DNA of 64,000 nucleotides from a virus (lineage: Duplodnaviria; Caudoviricetes), in IMG/VR virus record IMGVR_UViG_3300022220_000004, positions 770 through 64,769 of that record, one strand, 5' to 3'. The notes below the pieces were generated by a model, which was not told the origin of the DNA, did not search any database, and was given only the letters and a program-made list of their open reading frames with translations. Positions within the stretch are counted from its first letter, which is position 1. The number at the start of each line of letters is the position of its first letter. The translations under genes and the position numbers were made by a program. Shown one piece after another: positions 18,473 to 28,222 of the stretch.

Positions 18473-19945
18473 ATGCCAGGGCACGTCTATCGCCGGCCAT
18501 CTGTTCGCCGTCAGCCAAGGGGGTGGGTACTCCCATTCCTGGATGTTGGCGGCGGCGTCACGGTTTCACCTACCGCTGGCCATGCCATTGGCGACGGCGA
18601 CAACCCTGTAGTTATCATTGGCAGCGTCACCGTTGCCCCCACACCAGGACACGGGATCGACTCCGGCGCCGATCCGACAGTCATCATGGGCAGCGTCACC
18701 GTTGCCCCCACAGCCGGACACGGGATCGGCGCAGGCGCTGACCCGACGGTGGTCCATGGCAGCATCGTGGTTGGTCCTGCAGCTGGTCATGCCGTCGGCG
18801 GCGCCACAGATCCTCTGGTTGTCTTGGGTAGCGTTACTGCCACCCCTGCTGCCGGGCATGGGATAGGATCTGGCGCCGATCCCGATGTTGTCTTAGGCGA
18901 TGTAACGGTTTCACCTGCCGTCGGCTATGCCATTGGCCACGGCATTGACCCAACGGTCACGGAGGGTGGAGACGTTACAGTCTCGCCATCTGCCGGCCAC
19001 GCCATCGGCCACGGTGTTGATCCCGACGTTGGCCAGAGCAGCATGACGGTTTCACCAGCTGCCGGCCATGCCATTGGCCACGGCGTTGACCCAACCACGC
19101 ACCAGGGCAGCTTGACACTCAGTCCGAGTGCAGGCCACGGGATTGGATCTGGCATCGATCCCGACGTTGGCCAGAGCAGCATGACGGTTTCGCCAGCTGC
19201 AGGCCATGCCATTGGCCATGGCGTTGACCCGACCACGCACCAGGGCAGCTTGACGCTCAGCCCGAGCGCAGGCCACGGGATAGGATCTGGCGTTGATCCC
19301 GATGTCATACTGGGCAATGTCACTGCTTCACCTGCCGCTGGCCATGCCATTGGCCACGGTATTGACCCAACGGTCATAGAGGGCGGAGATGTTTCTGTTT
19401 CACCAGCCGCCGGCTATGCCATTGGCCACGGTGTTGATCCCGGCGTTGGCCAGAGCAGCATGACGGTTTCGCCAGGCGCCGGCTACGGACTTGGCGACGG
19501 TGCCAACCCGGCCGTTGTCCTGGGTAGCCTGGCCATCTCGCCGGCTGCGGGCCACGGGATCGGTGATGGCGTTGACCCAACCACGCACCAGGGCAACTTG
19601 GTGCTCAGCCCGAGCGCTGGCCACGGGATCGGTAACGGCGTTGATCCTACCACCCTCTTGGGTAGCCTGGCCATCTCGCCGGCCGCAGGTCACGGGATCG
19701 GCAGCGGTACCAACCCGGCCGTTGTCCTGGGTAGCCTGGCCATCTCGCCAGCTGCCGGCTACGGGGTCGGCAACGGCGTCGATCCAACGGTCCTGGTGGG
19801 CACTGCTGTCTCAGTCGCTATGGCGGCGACTTCCTACGTTTTTGTAACAAAGTCCGTAGTGTCCAGGGTGTGGCATGGCATAGAAGCGGACTCGCAGGTG
19901 TGTGACTCGATGCAGGTGATCAGTAGAGTGGGAGGTACGGACTAA
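18473..19945 (+). CDS. repeat-rich fibre-like protein (~23-aa His/Gly repeats)
   Basis: about 18 tandem copies of VSPAAGHAIGHGVDPxV-like units. Confidence 0.75.
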   Translation: MPGHVYRRPSVRRQPRGWVLPFLDVGGGVTVSPTAGHAIGDGDNPVVIIGSVTVAPTPGHGIDSGADPTVIMGSVTVAPTAGHGIGAGADPTVVHGSIVVGPAAGHAVGGATDPLVVLGSVTATPAAGHGIGSGADPDVVLGDVTVSPAVGYAIGHGIDPTVTEGGDVTVSPSAGHAIGHGVDPDVGQSSMTVSPAAGHAIGHGVDPTTHQGSLTLSPSAGHGIGSGIDPDVGQSSMTVSPAAGHAIGHGVDPTTHQGSLTLSPSAGHGIGSGVDPDVILGNVTASPAAGHAIGHGIDPTVIEGGDVSVSPAAGYAIGHGVDPGVGQSSMTVSPGAGYGLGDGANPAVVLGSLAISPAAGHGIGDGVDPTTHQGNLVLSPSAGHGIGNGVDPTTLLGSLAISPAAGHGIGSGTNPAVVLGSLAISPAAGYGVGNGVDPTVLVGTAVSVAMAATSYVFVTKSVVSRVWHGIEADSQVCDSMQVISRVGGTD

Positions 19946-20262
19946 TGGAGATCGTCAGGCCGGCCAGGGACGACTACGGCGCCACGGTAACTTTCACCAT
20001 GCGCAAGCAGGATGAGACAGTGCTTGACTTGAGCACTGCTACGGCAGTTCAAGGGTACTTAGTGCAACCAGATGGAACCGTGGTGAGCAAGGAAGCCACC
20101 AAAGTTGGCGACGGCAGCACAGGTCAGATAGTGATCACATTCGATGAAGACGACCTGGACCAGAACGGCGAGTACATCTTAGAGCCAGACATCATATTCG
20201 CAACCGCACAATATGGCGGCACCCCGCACAGATTTACTGTAAGGCCGTCCGCAAGGGGGTAG
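19945..20262 (+). CDS. BppU N-terminal-like (baseplate upper protein) domain protein
   Basis: D.G.T..F....DLS....PDG....G.I....DLDQ.G.Y pattern. Confidence 0.6.
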   Translation: MEIVRPARDDYGATVTFTMRKQDETVLDLSTATAVQGYLVQPDGTVVSKEATKVGDGSTGQIVITFDEDDLDQNGEYILEPDIIFATAQYGGTPHRFTVRPSARG

Positions 20263-20264
20263 TT

Positions 20265-20951
20265 ATGATGTTCAACACTTTCCCGGCATTCAGGGAACTA
20301 AGGGATGGCAGGGTGGCTTCTGTGAGAGAGATGCGTGTATCGACTCTCAGGATCTTTTTGCGAGCAACCATCACGATGGCTTTGATCTACTCTCTGTACA
20401 GTTCTATTATTTACGCACTCTCCTGGATCACATCGCTCGCCTTTGTGACAGCCCTGCTAGCCACCAGCTTTGTGGTGGTTGCCTGTCACGTACTCTTCAT
20501 TGCGGGACCGCACAGAAGGTGGGTTGCCCCATGCTATCTTGCGGTCATCGTCGCCGGCATTCTCATAGGCGAGACTGAGCCACAGGGCTTCTACCTTGGA
20601 GAGAGCGTCATCTATATGGCTATACCGATTGTGATTGCACCTGCGATTTGCCCCCCCCCATCAGCCTTTGTTTTGTGGGCGGCGTTCACCGGCGGCGCCA
20701 CAGCTTATGGCCTGAGTCAAAACCAGGGTACCCAGGTAAACTTCTACGCCTTTGTATCCCTGTTCTTTGTTTCACTCATCGTCTACATCATCAACGCACG
20801 GTCTGAGGCCGTGGTGAGACGCACCCTTGCAGACAAAAGCGTGCTGAATCAGGCAATGGATGTCGTGATCGAGCACGAAAGGGGCGCTATCAGGGGGTAC
20901 CAGGCAAATGGAAGATCAAGACAAGATACTAGAGTTAATCAAGGTAACTGA
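20265..20951 (+). CDS. polytopic membrane protein (sensor-domain-like)
   Basis: about six TM helices; YMAIPIVIA motif; lower GC than the flanks. Confidence 0.6.
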   Translation: MMFNTFPAFRELRDGRVASVREMRVSTLRIFLRATITMALIYSLYSSIIYALSWITSLAFVTALLATSFVVVACHVLFIAGPHRRWVAPCYLAVIVAGILIGETEPQGFYLGESVIYMAIPIVIAPAICPPPSAFVLWAAFTGGATAYGLSQNQGTQVNFYAFVSLFFVSLIVYIINARSEAVVRRTLADKSVLNQAMDVVIEHERGAIRGYQANGRSRQDTRVNQGN

Positions 20952-21276
20952 GGAACGCACCCTGGCCGAAGAGAGGGTGCGCATGATGCTGACCGAGATC
21001 ACCACCGGACAGGACGGCGTGCGCTCTGAGGTTGGGCACTTGGCTAACCAGCTGGTGATGCTGTCCAGGTGTATCGAGGGCCTGCAGCAAATGATCACCA
21101 TCGTGGTAGAGTACATGGCGGTCATTGCCGGGCGCGATCATGACGAGATTCGGGAAATACGTGAACGCCTACTGGCCAGCCTGGCCGGCAAGGGTGACGG
21201 CATTTCGTTTGGCGAGCACGCCAAGGTTGGGATCGGCGGTGATGTGGTTGGCGGCGATCAGAAAGGAACAAAGTGA
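20908..21276 (+). CDS. coiled-coil protein with a C-terminal GISFG...GDVVGGDQ motif
   Basis: translation; motif shared with the next ORF. Confidence 0.65.
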   Translation: MEDQDKILELIKVTEERTLAEERVRMMLTEITTGQDGVRSEVGHLANQLVMLSRCIEGLQQMITIVVEYMAVIAGRDHDEIREIRERLLASLAGKGDGISFGEHAKVGIGGDVVGGDQKGTK

Positions 21277-21277
21277 C

Positions 21278-21595
21278 ATGGGCATCTCGTTTGGGGACGA
21301 CGCAGAGGTTACGGTTGAAGGCGACATGGTTGGTGGTGACCAGATCATCTCCGAGGGAGCTTGGGAGAGCGTGGCTGCTGTGATTGCGAGTTCTGGTGGA
21401 GGTCTACCGCAGAGAACGGACGCCATGCAGGCGCTTAGCGCAATACGTGAGGAAATGAAGGCAGAGGACCCTTCCCCCGAGAAACTGGGAAGGTTCACAG
21501 ACACAATCAAGTTGCTCGCGCCAGGCGCCATCACGGCACTAGTCACCGCCGTGCCGAAGATCCTGGAAGTCCTGCCGGCACTGGTGGTGAAATGA
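21278..21595 (+). CDS. helical protein with an N-terminal GISFG...GDMVGGDQ motif (start reassigned to ATG 21278)
   Basis: SD AAAGGA; translation. Confidence 0.65.
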   Translation: MGISFGDDAEVTVEGDMVGGDQIISEGAWESVAAVIASSGGGLPQRTDAMQALSAIREEMKAEDPSPEKLGRFTDTIKLLAPGAITALVTAVPKILEVLPALVVK

Positions 21596-21939
21596 AACTC
21601 GTGGTACCAGTTCCGGCCATGACCATACGCCATGACGTTGACAGCGATCTTGTTGTCGGCATGCGGATAGAGTACCAGGAAGAGGGCCAGATCCAGGCGA
21701 TACTGGAGGCCCTGGAGAGGCGCATTTATATCGAGCAGGGCCGCGCCGGCCTTGATCCGTCTACGCCTGGCCTGTGCCTGGTCGGCATCGTGATGCCGTG
21801 CGGGTATCGGTACATCTTCCATGGCAGGGATGACCTACCCGAGACATCTATGCCGTGCGGTTGCGGCCGGGATGGCCACTGGGTTGTGCTGTACGATAGG
21901 GTCAGCCAGCTTGCTTCACCGGCAGCTATCTGGCCTTGA
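21592..21939 (+). CDS. hypothetical Cys-containing protein
   Basis: ATGA coupling; PCG...PCGCG..H. Confidence 0.55.
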   Translation: MKLVVPVPAMTIRHDVDSDLVVGMRIEYQEEGQIQAILEALERRIYIEQGRAGLDPSTPGLCLVGIVMPCGYRYIFHGRDDLPETSMPCGCGRDGHWVVLYDRVSQLASPAAIWP

Positions 21940-21964
21940 CAATTTATCAGGTTTGCTATAAAAT
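21936..21964 (+). promoter_or_regulatory. sigma70-type promoter for the capsid operon
   Basis: TTGACA-N17-TAAAAT, highly similar to the 11009 promoter. Confidence 0.75.
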
Positions 21965-21982
21965 ACTAGGGAGGGTTACACG

Positions 21983-23503
21983 ATGCCACAGGATGGAAAG
22001 ATCGACCAGGAAAACCCCCGTAGCAGGTGGGTCGATGAATACTCAGCGGATCTAGTGCTGGCCGGTGAGCCAGTGAGACTCTTGCCTGTGATGCCGGGCG
22101 GCTACCACCGATGGGGCATAAAGAGAGATCCGATCACCTTCGACACACTGCAGGAATTTGTCAGGAACTTCCTTCAACGCCTGAACATTGGCGGTCTAGT
22201 CAAGAATCTGCCACTGAACGTGGAGCACGATGAGGGCGCCGGCAAGGTTGGCAGCATCTCCAACATGGAAGCCAGGCAGGATGGCCTGTACGCCTGGTTC
22301 GACCTGACAGAGGAAGGCCGTGAACTACTGGAGGGCGGCAAGTTTGACTATCTATCCCCCGAGATCGTATGGGAATTTGAGGACATCATAACAGGCGAGG
22401 CAAAGGGGCCTGTGGTTGTGGGCGCAGCCTTGACCAATTACCCATTCTTTGGTGAGAGCACCGCTATGTACAGTGACGGCGCAGCCGCACAGATTGCAGA
22501 GCGGTTTTCTTCTGAGTTGCCTGCGGGCACCTTGAACAGCGGGGTTGGCGACCTGATTTCAGAGGTCACGGCCATGGTGGGCCGTTACGGGTTTGAACTA
22601 TTCGATCTGGAGCTATGGGGGGACAATCCTGTCCTGGCCTTTAGCCGCCTGTCATACGCTCTGGACAAACCAGAGCGGGTGCAATTCTTTTTCACGCTCG
22701 CGCAATGTGATGCGCAGCAAGGGGAGGGTGAGGCGTACTACCCACGCTCAGCCTTCCTCTTCCATGAAGGACCGGCTGGCGATTGGAAGTACAGGGTCAA
22801 GGGGTACAGCGGGCACTTGCTGCAGCACGACAGGCGCCTGGTGCAGCAGGCGCACTCAGACATGCTTGACTCAGAACCTGGCGCAGTTGGGCGCCATGCC
22901 AGCCTCTTTGAGGCGTTCGCAGACCACACACAGGAGGAAACGATTATGCCGCCAGAAGGACAGACAGAAGAAGGTGCGGTGGTATCGGCCGAGGACTTTG
23001 CAGCCATGCAGGAACGGGCCACCACCTTGAGCGATCAGGTGGAATTGCTCACTCGCCAGGCAGCTGCGCGAGAGCAGCAGGTTCTTGACCTGCGGCACCA
23101 GCGGGTGGTTGATCAGTTCAGCCGAGAGGCCGAACAGTTCTCAGCCCTTGGCGTTGGGGTTGACGAGTATGCCGGGCACTTTGCCTGGCTGCAGTCCGTT
23201 GACCAGGACGGCGAGCACTTGCCGTGGTTCCAGTCGGTATTCAGCACTGCCGACGAAGCACTGGCACAGAGCGCTGCGTTCCAGGAGAGCGGTACCGGCG
23301 AGCAGGCGCCAGCCGGCAACGAGCCGTTCACCAGGATTCAGCAGCTTATGGATGCCAAGGCCAAGGCCAAGGGGGTGACCCTCACGGCCGGCACCGAGGC
23401 GTACAACGATGCCATGTCAGAAGTCATGGCCGAGAATCCGGGACTTTACGAAGAGTACCGGGCAAGACTGGTGAACGGTCCTAGCGAGCCGCTGGTAGAC
23501 TAG
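21983..23503 (+). CDS. prohead protease (Mu gpI-like) with C-terminal scaffold
   Basis: NVEH...DGLYA...YLSPE...GAALTNYPF protease motifs; acidic coiled-coil tail. Confidence 0.85.
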   Translation: MPQDGKIDQENPRSRWVDEYSADLVLAGEPVRLLPVMPGGYHRWGIKRDPITFDTLQEFVRNFLQRLNIGGLVKNLPLNVEHDEGAGKVGSISNMEARQDGLYAWFDLTEEGRELLEGGKFDYLSPEIVWEFEDIITGEAKGPVVVGAALTNYPFFGESTAMYSDGAAAQIAERFSSELPAGTLNSGVGDLISEVTAMVGRYGFELFDLELWGDNPVLAFSRLSYALDKPERVQFFFTLAQCDAQQGEGEAYYPRSAFLFHEGPAGDWKYRVKGYSGHLLQHDRRLVQQAHSDMLDSEPGAVGRHASLFEAFADHTQEETIMPPEGQTEEGAVVSAEDFAAMQERATTLSDQVELLTRQAAAREQQVLDLRHQRVVDQFSREAEQFSALGVGVDEYAGHFAWLQSVDQDGEHLPWFQSVFSTADEALAQSAAFQESGTGEQAPAGNEPFTRIQQLMDAKAKAKGVTLTAGTEAYNDAMSEVMAENPGLYEEYRARLVNGPSEPLVD

Positions 23504-23555
23504 CTGGCTCATGGCCAGATCGGCACACCTGAGAGATTGACACGGAGGTAAGACC

Positions 23556-23990
23556 ATGGCAGTTAGTGGACAGTTTAACATCGTCAGGGCGTTCGTCGCT
23601 GGTGTAGACCTGACCGGCCACAAGTTCAAGGCCGTGATGCTCTCCAGCGGCAACATCATCGTGCCGCTTGCTGCAGCCGGTGATGGCGCCGATATGATCG
23701 GTATCCTGCAGGATGAACCAGAGAGCGGCCAGGTTGGCGAAGTGGTCATTTTCGGTTTCTCCAAGGTGGTTGCCAAGGAAGCGATTGCGGTTGGCAACTT
23801 CATCATGGCCACCGGCAGCGACACTGCAGCGGACTCAGGCAAGGTCCTGGTGGCGACCGAGCAGGGCACGGATGAAGCCGCCGAGATGATGATCGGCCGG
23901 GCGTTGCAGGCAGCTGCCGCCGATGGCAACATCATCGAGGCGTGGATCACCGGGTCAGTGCCGGCCGACCGCAGGATCGCCGCAGCCTAG
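23556..23990 (+). CDS. capsid cement/decoration protein (DUF2190-like)
   Basis: IGILQ...G.AL.AA.ADG.II pattern; lies between protease and MCP. Confidence 0.7.
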   Translation: MAVSGQFNIVRAFVAGVDLTGHKFKAVMLSSGNIIVPLAAAGDGADMIGILQDEPESGQVGEVVIFGFSKVVAKEAIAVGNFIMATGSDTAADSGKVLVATEQGTDEAAEMMIGRALQAAAADGNIIEAWITGSVPADRRIAAA

Positions 23991-24057
23991 AAGCCGGTAG
24001 CGATTGGAGCACCGGCCACTTAGAGTTTCTTAGTAAACACCATGGAGGTTTAGCACA

Positions 24058-25029
24058 ATGCCACAGCCTGGATATAATGATCGTCACGTTGACAGGCCCT
24101 TGACGCAAATGTCCATCGCTTATATGAACGAGATGTACATTGCCAAGGAGATCTTTCCCGAGGTCTTGGTGAACAACCGCAGTGACATTGTTCCCAAGTA
24201 CGACCAGTCCTACTGGTTCCGGGATGAGGTTGCGGAACTGGCACCCATGCAGCCCGCACCCCTTGCCGGTTACGAAGTCGATCTGACAGACACGTACTTC
24301 TGCCGCAAGTACGGCCTAGCGCACCCGATCCCCGACGAGAGCCGGGCGAACACCGATCAGCCGTTTGACGTGGACCGGGACGGCACCGAGTTCCTGGTTG
24401 ATCGGGTGGACGCATCGAGAGAGCGAAAATTCGTCACGGACTTTTGGAAGACGTCCGTGTGGGGCACCGACTGGACAGGCGGAACCACGTTCACCAAGTG
24501 GTCTGACTACACAGACGGCACCCCCATTGTTGACCTGCGAACTGCCAAGCGCACCATGCGCCGCAAGATCGCCCGCAACCCCAACACCTTTGTGATGGGG
24601 GATCTGACCTGGGATGTCCTGGCCGATGCGCCTGACATGCTGGAGCGCATCAAGTACGGCTCTAGCGACTCTGCGCCGGCCATCGTAACACCCAACCTCA
24701 TCGCTCAGCTGCTGGAGATCGAGAAGATCCTTGTCGGTACCAGCATCTATACCGCCAGCCCTGAGGGCACGGCGGAAGCCTCTGTCACCTACACCGCAGA
24801 TTGGGACGATGACGCCCTACTCCTGTACCAGCCGCGCCGACCGAGCTTGCGCACGCCGGCCGCTGGCTACTGCTTCACCTGGAAGAACGTTTTTGGCACC
24901 GGCCGCTATATCCGCCGGCGCCGAGAGCCGCTTTCGGAGATGGGCGATCTGTTGGAGATCTATGAATACTGGAACATGAAAGTGACTGCCGCGAACGCCG
25001 GCCTGTTCATGGTTGACGCTGCAGACTAG
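24058..25029 (+). CDS. major capsid protein
   Basis: VDRPLTQMSIAY...IFP.V, PNTFVMG, PAAGY.F patterns; size and position. Confidence 0.85.
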   Translation: MPQPGYNDRHVDRPLTQMSIAYMNEMYIAKEIFPEVLVNNRSDIVPKYDQSYWFRDEVAELAPMQPAPLAGYEVDLTDTYFCRKYGLAHPIPDESRANTDQPFDVDRDGTEFLVDRVDASRERKFVTDFWKTSVWGTDWTGGTTFTKWSDYTDGTPIVDLRTAKRTMRRKIARNPNTFVMGDLTWDVLADAPDMLERIKYGSSDSAPAIVTPNLIAQLLEIEKILVGTSIYTASPEGTAEASVTYTADWDDDALLLYQPRRPSLRTPAAGYCFTWKNVFGTGRYIRRRREPLSEMGDLLEIYEYWNMKVTAANAGLFMVDAAD

Positions 25030-25062
25030 CCTGGCTAGCGCCAGAGGAAGAGGGGGTGCCCT

Positions 25063-25515
25063 GTGGCAACAAAATCTTCTGCTAAGACAAGCAAGGTTGT
25101 CGCCAAGGCCGGTGACGACTATGTAAAGGCAAAGGCGCCGTTTCACTACATGGATCTGCGCTTGAGCCGGCAACAGGTGTTCGAGCTTCGGGGCAGGCCG
25201 GGTGACGCCAGGCTGATCGCCATGGGTTACGTGTCGGTGGTGAAAAAGGGCACTGCCTTGCACCAGTGTGCCGAGTGCGGTGCCCTTTTCGACAACCCTC
25301 ACTGGTTGAAGGTGCATGGTGACATGTGGCACCTGTACAAGTGCGAGTGTGGGTGGCAACCGCAGCCCGGTGTCCTGGATCTGGAATCAGCGATGCAGCG
25401 CCATGCCCGACAGTGCGACCTGATGCAGGCAGTCAAGTTGGCGGCTCACAAAGAACACGTGGCCAAGGCCAAAGAGATCCAGAAGGCTGGCGGGGCAGAG
25501 CCGGCAGGAGCATAA
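25063..25515 (+). CDS. C2H2 Zn-finger-like hypothetical protein
   Basis: CAECG..F.....L..H...H motif. Confidence 0.55.
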   Translation: MATKSSAKTSKVVAKAGDDYVKAKAPFHYMDLRLSRQQVFELRGRPGDARLIAMGYVSVVKKGTALHQCAECGALFDNPHWLKVHGDMWHLYKCECGWQPQPGVLDLESAMQRHARQCDLMQAVKLAAHKEHVAKAKEIQKAGGAEPAGA

Positions 25516-25518
25516 GTC

Positions 25519-26040
25519 ATGGCCAGTATTACCCGGCGAAAGGTAGCAGAGGTCGTTCATCGCAAGACTGACGATCTTGGCGGCGGACTCAAGTACACGC
25601 AGTTAGGCGACGATCAGCCAGAGGGCGATTACACCGATGCCATAGACGCCGCCTTGCGGACATGCCGCTTTGCTACCATAGCCGATGCCGACACTGATGA
25701 CAAGATCTCCGCCGTCCTGACTGGTGCCGAGTACTATATCATGCAGCGCCTGCTTAACAAGTGGATCTCGCGCCCAACCGTACAACAGGGCGCCGGCGCA
25801 TCTGGCCTACACCTAATGGTGCAGACAGAAAGCACCATAGCTTCCCTGCGGATGAGCGTCAAGGGCCTCAGGCAGGAACTGTCAGACGCCTTGGCCAGGA
25901 TCGGCGTGAGTATAGACAGGGCCGACTCTATCCTTGCCGGGACCGTTGAGATCGACCACGAGAATGAAGTGACCCAGGATCTCGTGGACGGTTCCCACGC
26001 CCTGCCGTGGTTTGAAGAGTCTTACTGGCCAACATCATGA
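25519..26040 (+). CDS. putative head-tail adaptor
   Basis: position after MCP; helical. Confidence 0.45.
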   Translation: MASITRRKVAEVVHRKTDDLGGGLKYTQLGDDQPEGDYTDAIDAALRTCRFATIADADTDDKISAVLTGAEYYIMQRLLNKWISRPTVQQGAGASGLHLMVQTESTIASLRMSVKGLRQELSDALARIGVSIDRADSILAGTVEIDHENEVTQDLVDGSHALPWFEESYWPTS

Positions 26041-26570
26041 CGGCGATCATTGAGTCCTTTGCCACACTCGTAGAAGATGCTCTATTCGACAGGTTGACGG
26101 ACGCGATGGGAGAGGGCGGGACCTACCAGGACCCGTTCTATCTCCAGATCAAAACGGCGGCCAGGACGGCCGGCGAGCCGATCCCTCACCTGTCGGAAGA
26201 TGACATGCCCTTCATCTGGCTGGAGTACGTAGGGGGCATGGACAGGGGCGGCGTGATCGGCAACGCTGTCGGTATGGCGAACGAGATCTTTATGTTGTAC
26301 GGGAGCATCGTTCTCACCCCGGAGATCTTGGGTGTGTCGCCAGACGATCAGGAAGCCTTTGTCACCAGATCAAGGGCCAACGCTGACACGTGGGCCAGGC
26401 GTATCAGGAGGCTGCTACTTGGCTGGTCCCCTGGTATCACTGACACAGTGACCGGGCAGAAAACGACACGGGGTAGGCCCACGGTGTATGGCGTGGCTGC
26501 TACTTTCGTCAATGAGTACAAGCGGCAGTTCACCGTCACGATCCGTTGGGAGTTGGAGATGGAACCATGA
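26037..26570 (+). CDS. putative tail terminator / head-tail joining protein
   Basis: position; PFIWLEY beta pattern. Confidence 0.45.
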   Translation: MTAIIESFATLVEDALFDRLTDAMGEGGTYQDPFYLQIKTAARTAGEPIPHLSEDDMPFIWLEYVGGMDRGGVIGNAVGMANEIFMLYGSIVLTPEILGVSPDDQEAFVTRSRANADTWARRIRRLLLGWSPGITDTVTGQKTTRGRPTVYGVAATFVNEYKRQFTVTIRWELEMEP

Positions 26571-26821
26571 GAATCTACTACATCGGTGGAGAGGACGGCC
26601 ACACTGACAGGCGCCTGGCCGGCGTTGTCTTGAACTACGGTGACGCCGTTGACGTTCACGACGACAAGCTGGTGAGGAAGCTACTGAAACTCCGCCACTT
26701 CGCAGAAGAGATTGGGCCTGCACAGGTGGTGGAGGATACCAGGCATGAGAAGCGTGCTGTCATGCCCGCACGTGCCGCTAAGGCGGATGATGCGGAGCCA
26801 GACGGCGCGACGGAGGGATAA
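26567..26821 (+). CDS. small hypothetical protein preceding the tail tube gene
   Basis: ATGA coupling; MRIYYIGG. Confidence 0.5.
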   Translation: MRIYYIGGEDGHTDRRLAGVVLNYGDAVDVHDDKLVRKLLKLRHFAEEIGPAQVVEDTRHEKRAVMPARAAKADDAEPDGATEG

Positions 26822-26824
26822 GAA

Positions 26825-28192
26825 ATGACCACACCTTCTGGTGATGAAGGATATGTTGGCTTTGCCGTACAGTCCGCAAAGGAAACGGCGGCTAGCGCAT
26901 TCTTTGGCATCTATCACACGTCTTTCTCCTGGGAACCGCAAGTAGTCCAGGATGAGGAACCAGAGTCAGAGATCGGCGCTGCCGGCATCGACGTGGCCCT
27001 GCCTGAGAGGTTTGGGCACGAGGGCGCCACCTTCCGTGGCGAACTAAGGTGCAGACCTGGCAACGCCGGCTTTATCTTGCGAGCGTTCGGGATGGAAGCG
27101 ACAGAGGGACCCTTTGTCATCATCCCGACCGTCAACGACGTGCTGAGTGTCACCGACGATGGAGGCGGGCCAGTTTCCGTGAACCTCGTTTCTGGCACCG
27201 GCGCTACCCTGGAGTACCTGACAGTGTACACCGGCGCAGAGGTTGCCGCCGGGATCAAGGCAGCGCTCGATGGGGACACAACCTTGTCGGAGACGTACAC
27301 TGTAGCGTACGCCACTAACAAGTTCACCATCTCCCACGCCGGCAGCACGCTGTCCCTGCACCACACCACAGAGCCACAGACTGCCGAGTGGTTGGGCTAC
27401 AACTACGCAGCGGACGACACCGGCGGCACAAGCTACGAGTCCGACAATGACTGCAACTGGCCCAATAGCCATGCGTTCGCACCGATTGACAGCGTGGCGG
27501 ACTTCGAGTGGATGACCATTCTGGACAAGTTCAATAGCTCTGCCGATCTCGATACCCTGCTGATAGACGCCAGGGTGAACAGTATTACCTTCACGGCGGA
27601 CGCTAACGGCCTGGTCAGGATGTCCTACGAGGGTGTAGCACTCTCGTTTGAGGACGCCGCCGGCACTGAGACAAACACGGCGGACGCTGCCACCATCTCT
27701 ACCCCGAACACTGGCAATGAAGATGGCTACGTGTTCATGAATGAGGTAGACTACTGGATCGCCAGCTTCGAGGCCACCCTGCAGTGGGAACAGAGCACCC
27801 TGCCCAAGCTCACACAGATGGGACCAGAAGAGGTTTCTGCATCCAGGCGCCGGATGGGCGGGAACGCAGACATCTATTTTGGAAGTGATGACGGGGTGAT
27901 GTTCAGGAAGGCTTACTACGGCGGTGCTTCTGGCACCACGTTCTCGACCAGCCTGACGCAGGAGCCTCTACACATCAAGTTCTGTGCCGGCACGGACACG
28001 CCGACTGGCACCGATGAGCCGGTACCCTACGGCATCATCTTCTCGATGAACGAGTGCAATATCCTTGGCTACCCGCTGGAGAAGACTGGCGGGGAACCAG
28101 TAGACGCCGGCATGACTTTCATGGTCAGTCGGGAGAGCCAGGATTATGGCATTGTCCTGGTGAACGGCTACGCAGCAAACTACTATGACTAG
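26825..28192 (+). CDS. major tail (tube) protein with an inserted domain
   Basis: GYVGFAVQSAKET N-terminus, VLVNG..Y C-terminus; position. Confidence 0.7.
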   Translation: MTTPSGDEGYVGFAVQSAKETAASAFFGIYHTSFSWEPQVVQDEEPESEIGAAGIDVALPERFGHEGATFRGELRCRPGNAGFILRAFGMEATEGPFVIIPTVNDVLSVTDDGGGPVSVNLVSGTGATLEYLTVYTGAEVAAGIKAALDGDTTLSETYTVAYATNKFTISHAGSTLSLHHTTEPQTAEWLGYNYAADDTGGTSYESDNDCNWPNSHAFAPIDSVADFEWMTILDKFNSSADLDTLLIDARVNSITFTADANGLVRMSYEGVALSFEDAAGTETNTADAATISTPNTGNEDGYVFMNEVDYWIASFEATLQWEQSTLPKLTQMGPEEVSASRRRMGGNADIYFGSDDGVMFRKAYYGGASGTTFSTSLTQEPLHIKFCAGTDTPTGTDEPVPYGIIFSMNECNILGYPLEKTGGEPVDAGMTFMVSRESQDYGIVLVNGYAANYYD

Positions 28193-28222
28193 CCCCAAGG
28201 GCTAGCAGAAACGGAGGGGCCT

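Noticed and set aside
18473-19945. Diversity-generating retroelement TR/VR pair
   Set aside because: The repeats are in-frame coding units with mostly third-position differences, not adenine-specific ones; no reverse transcriptase is present in the window.
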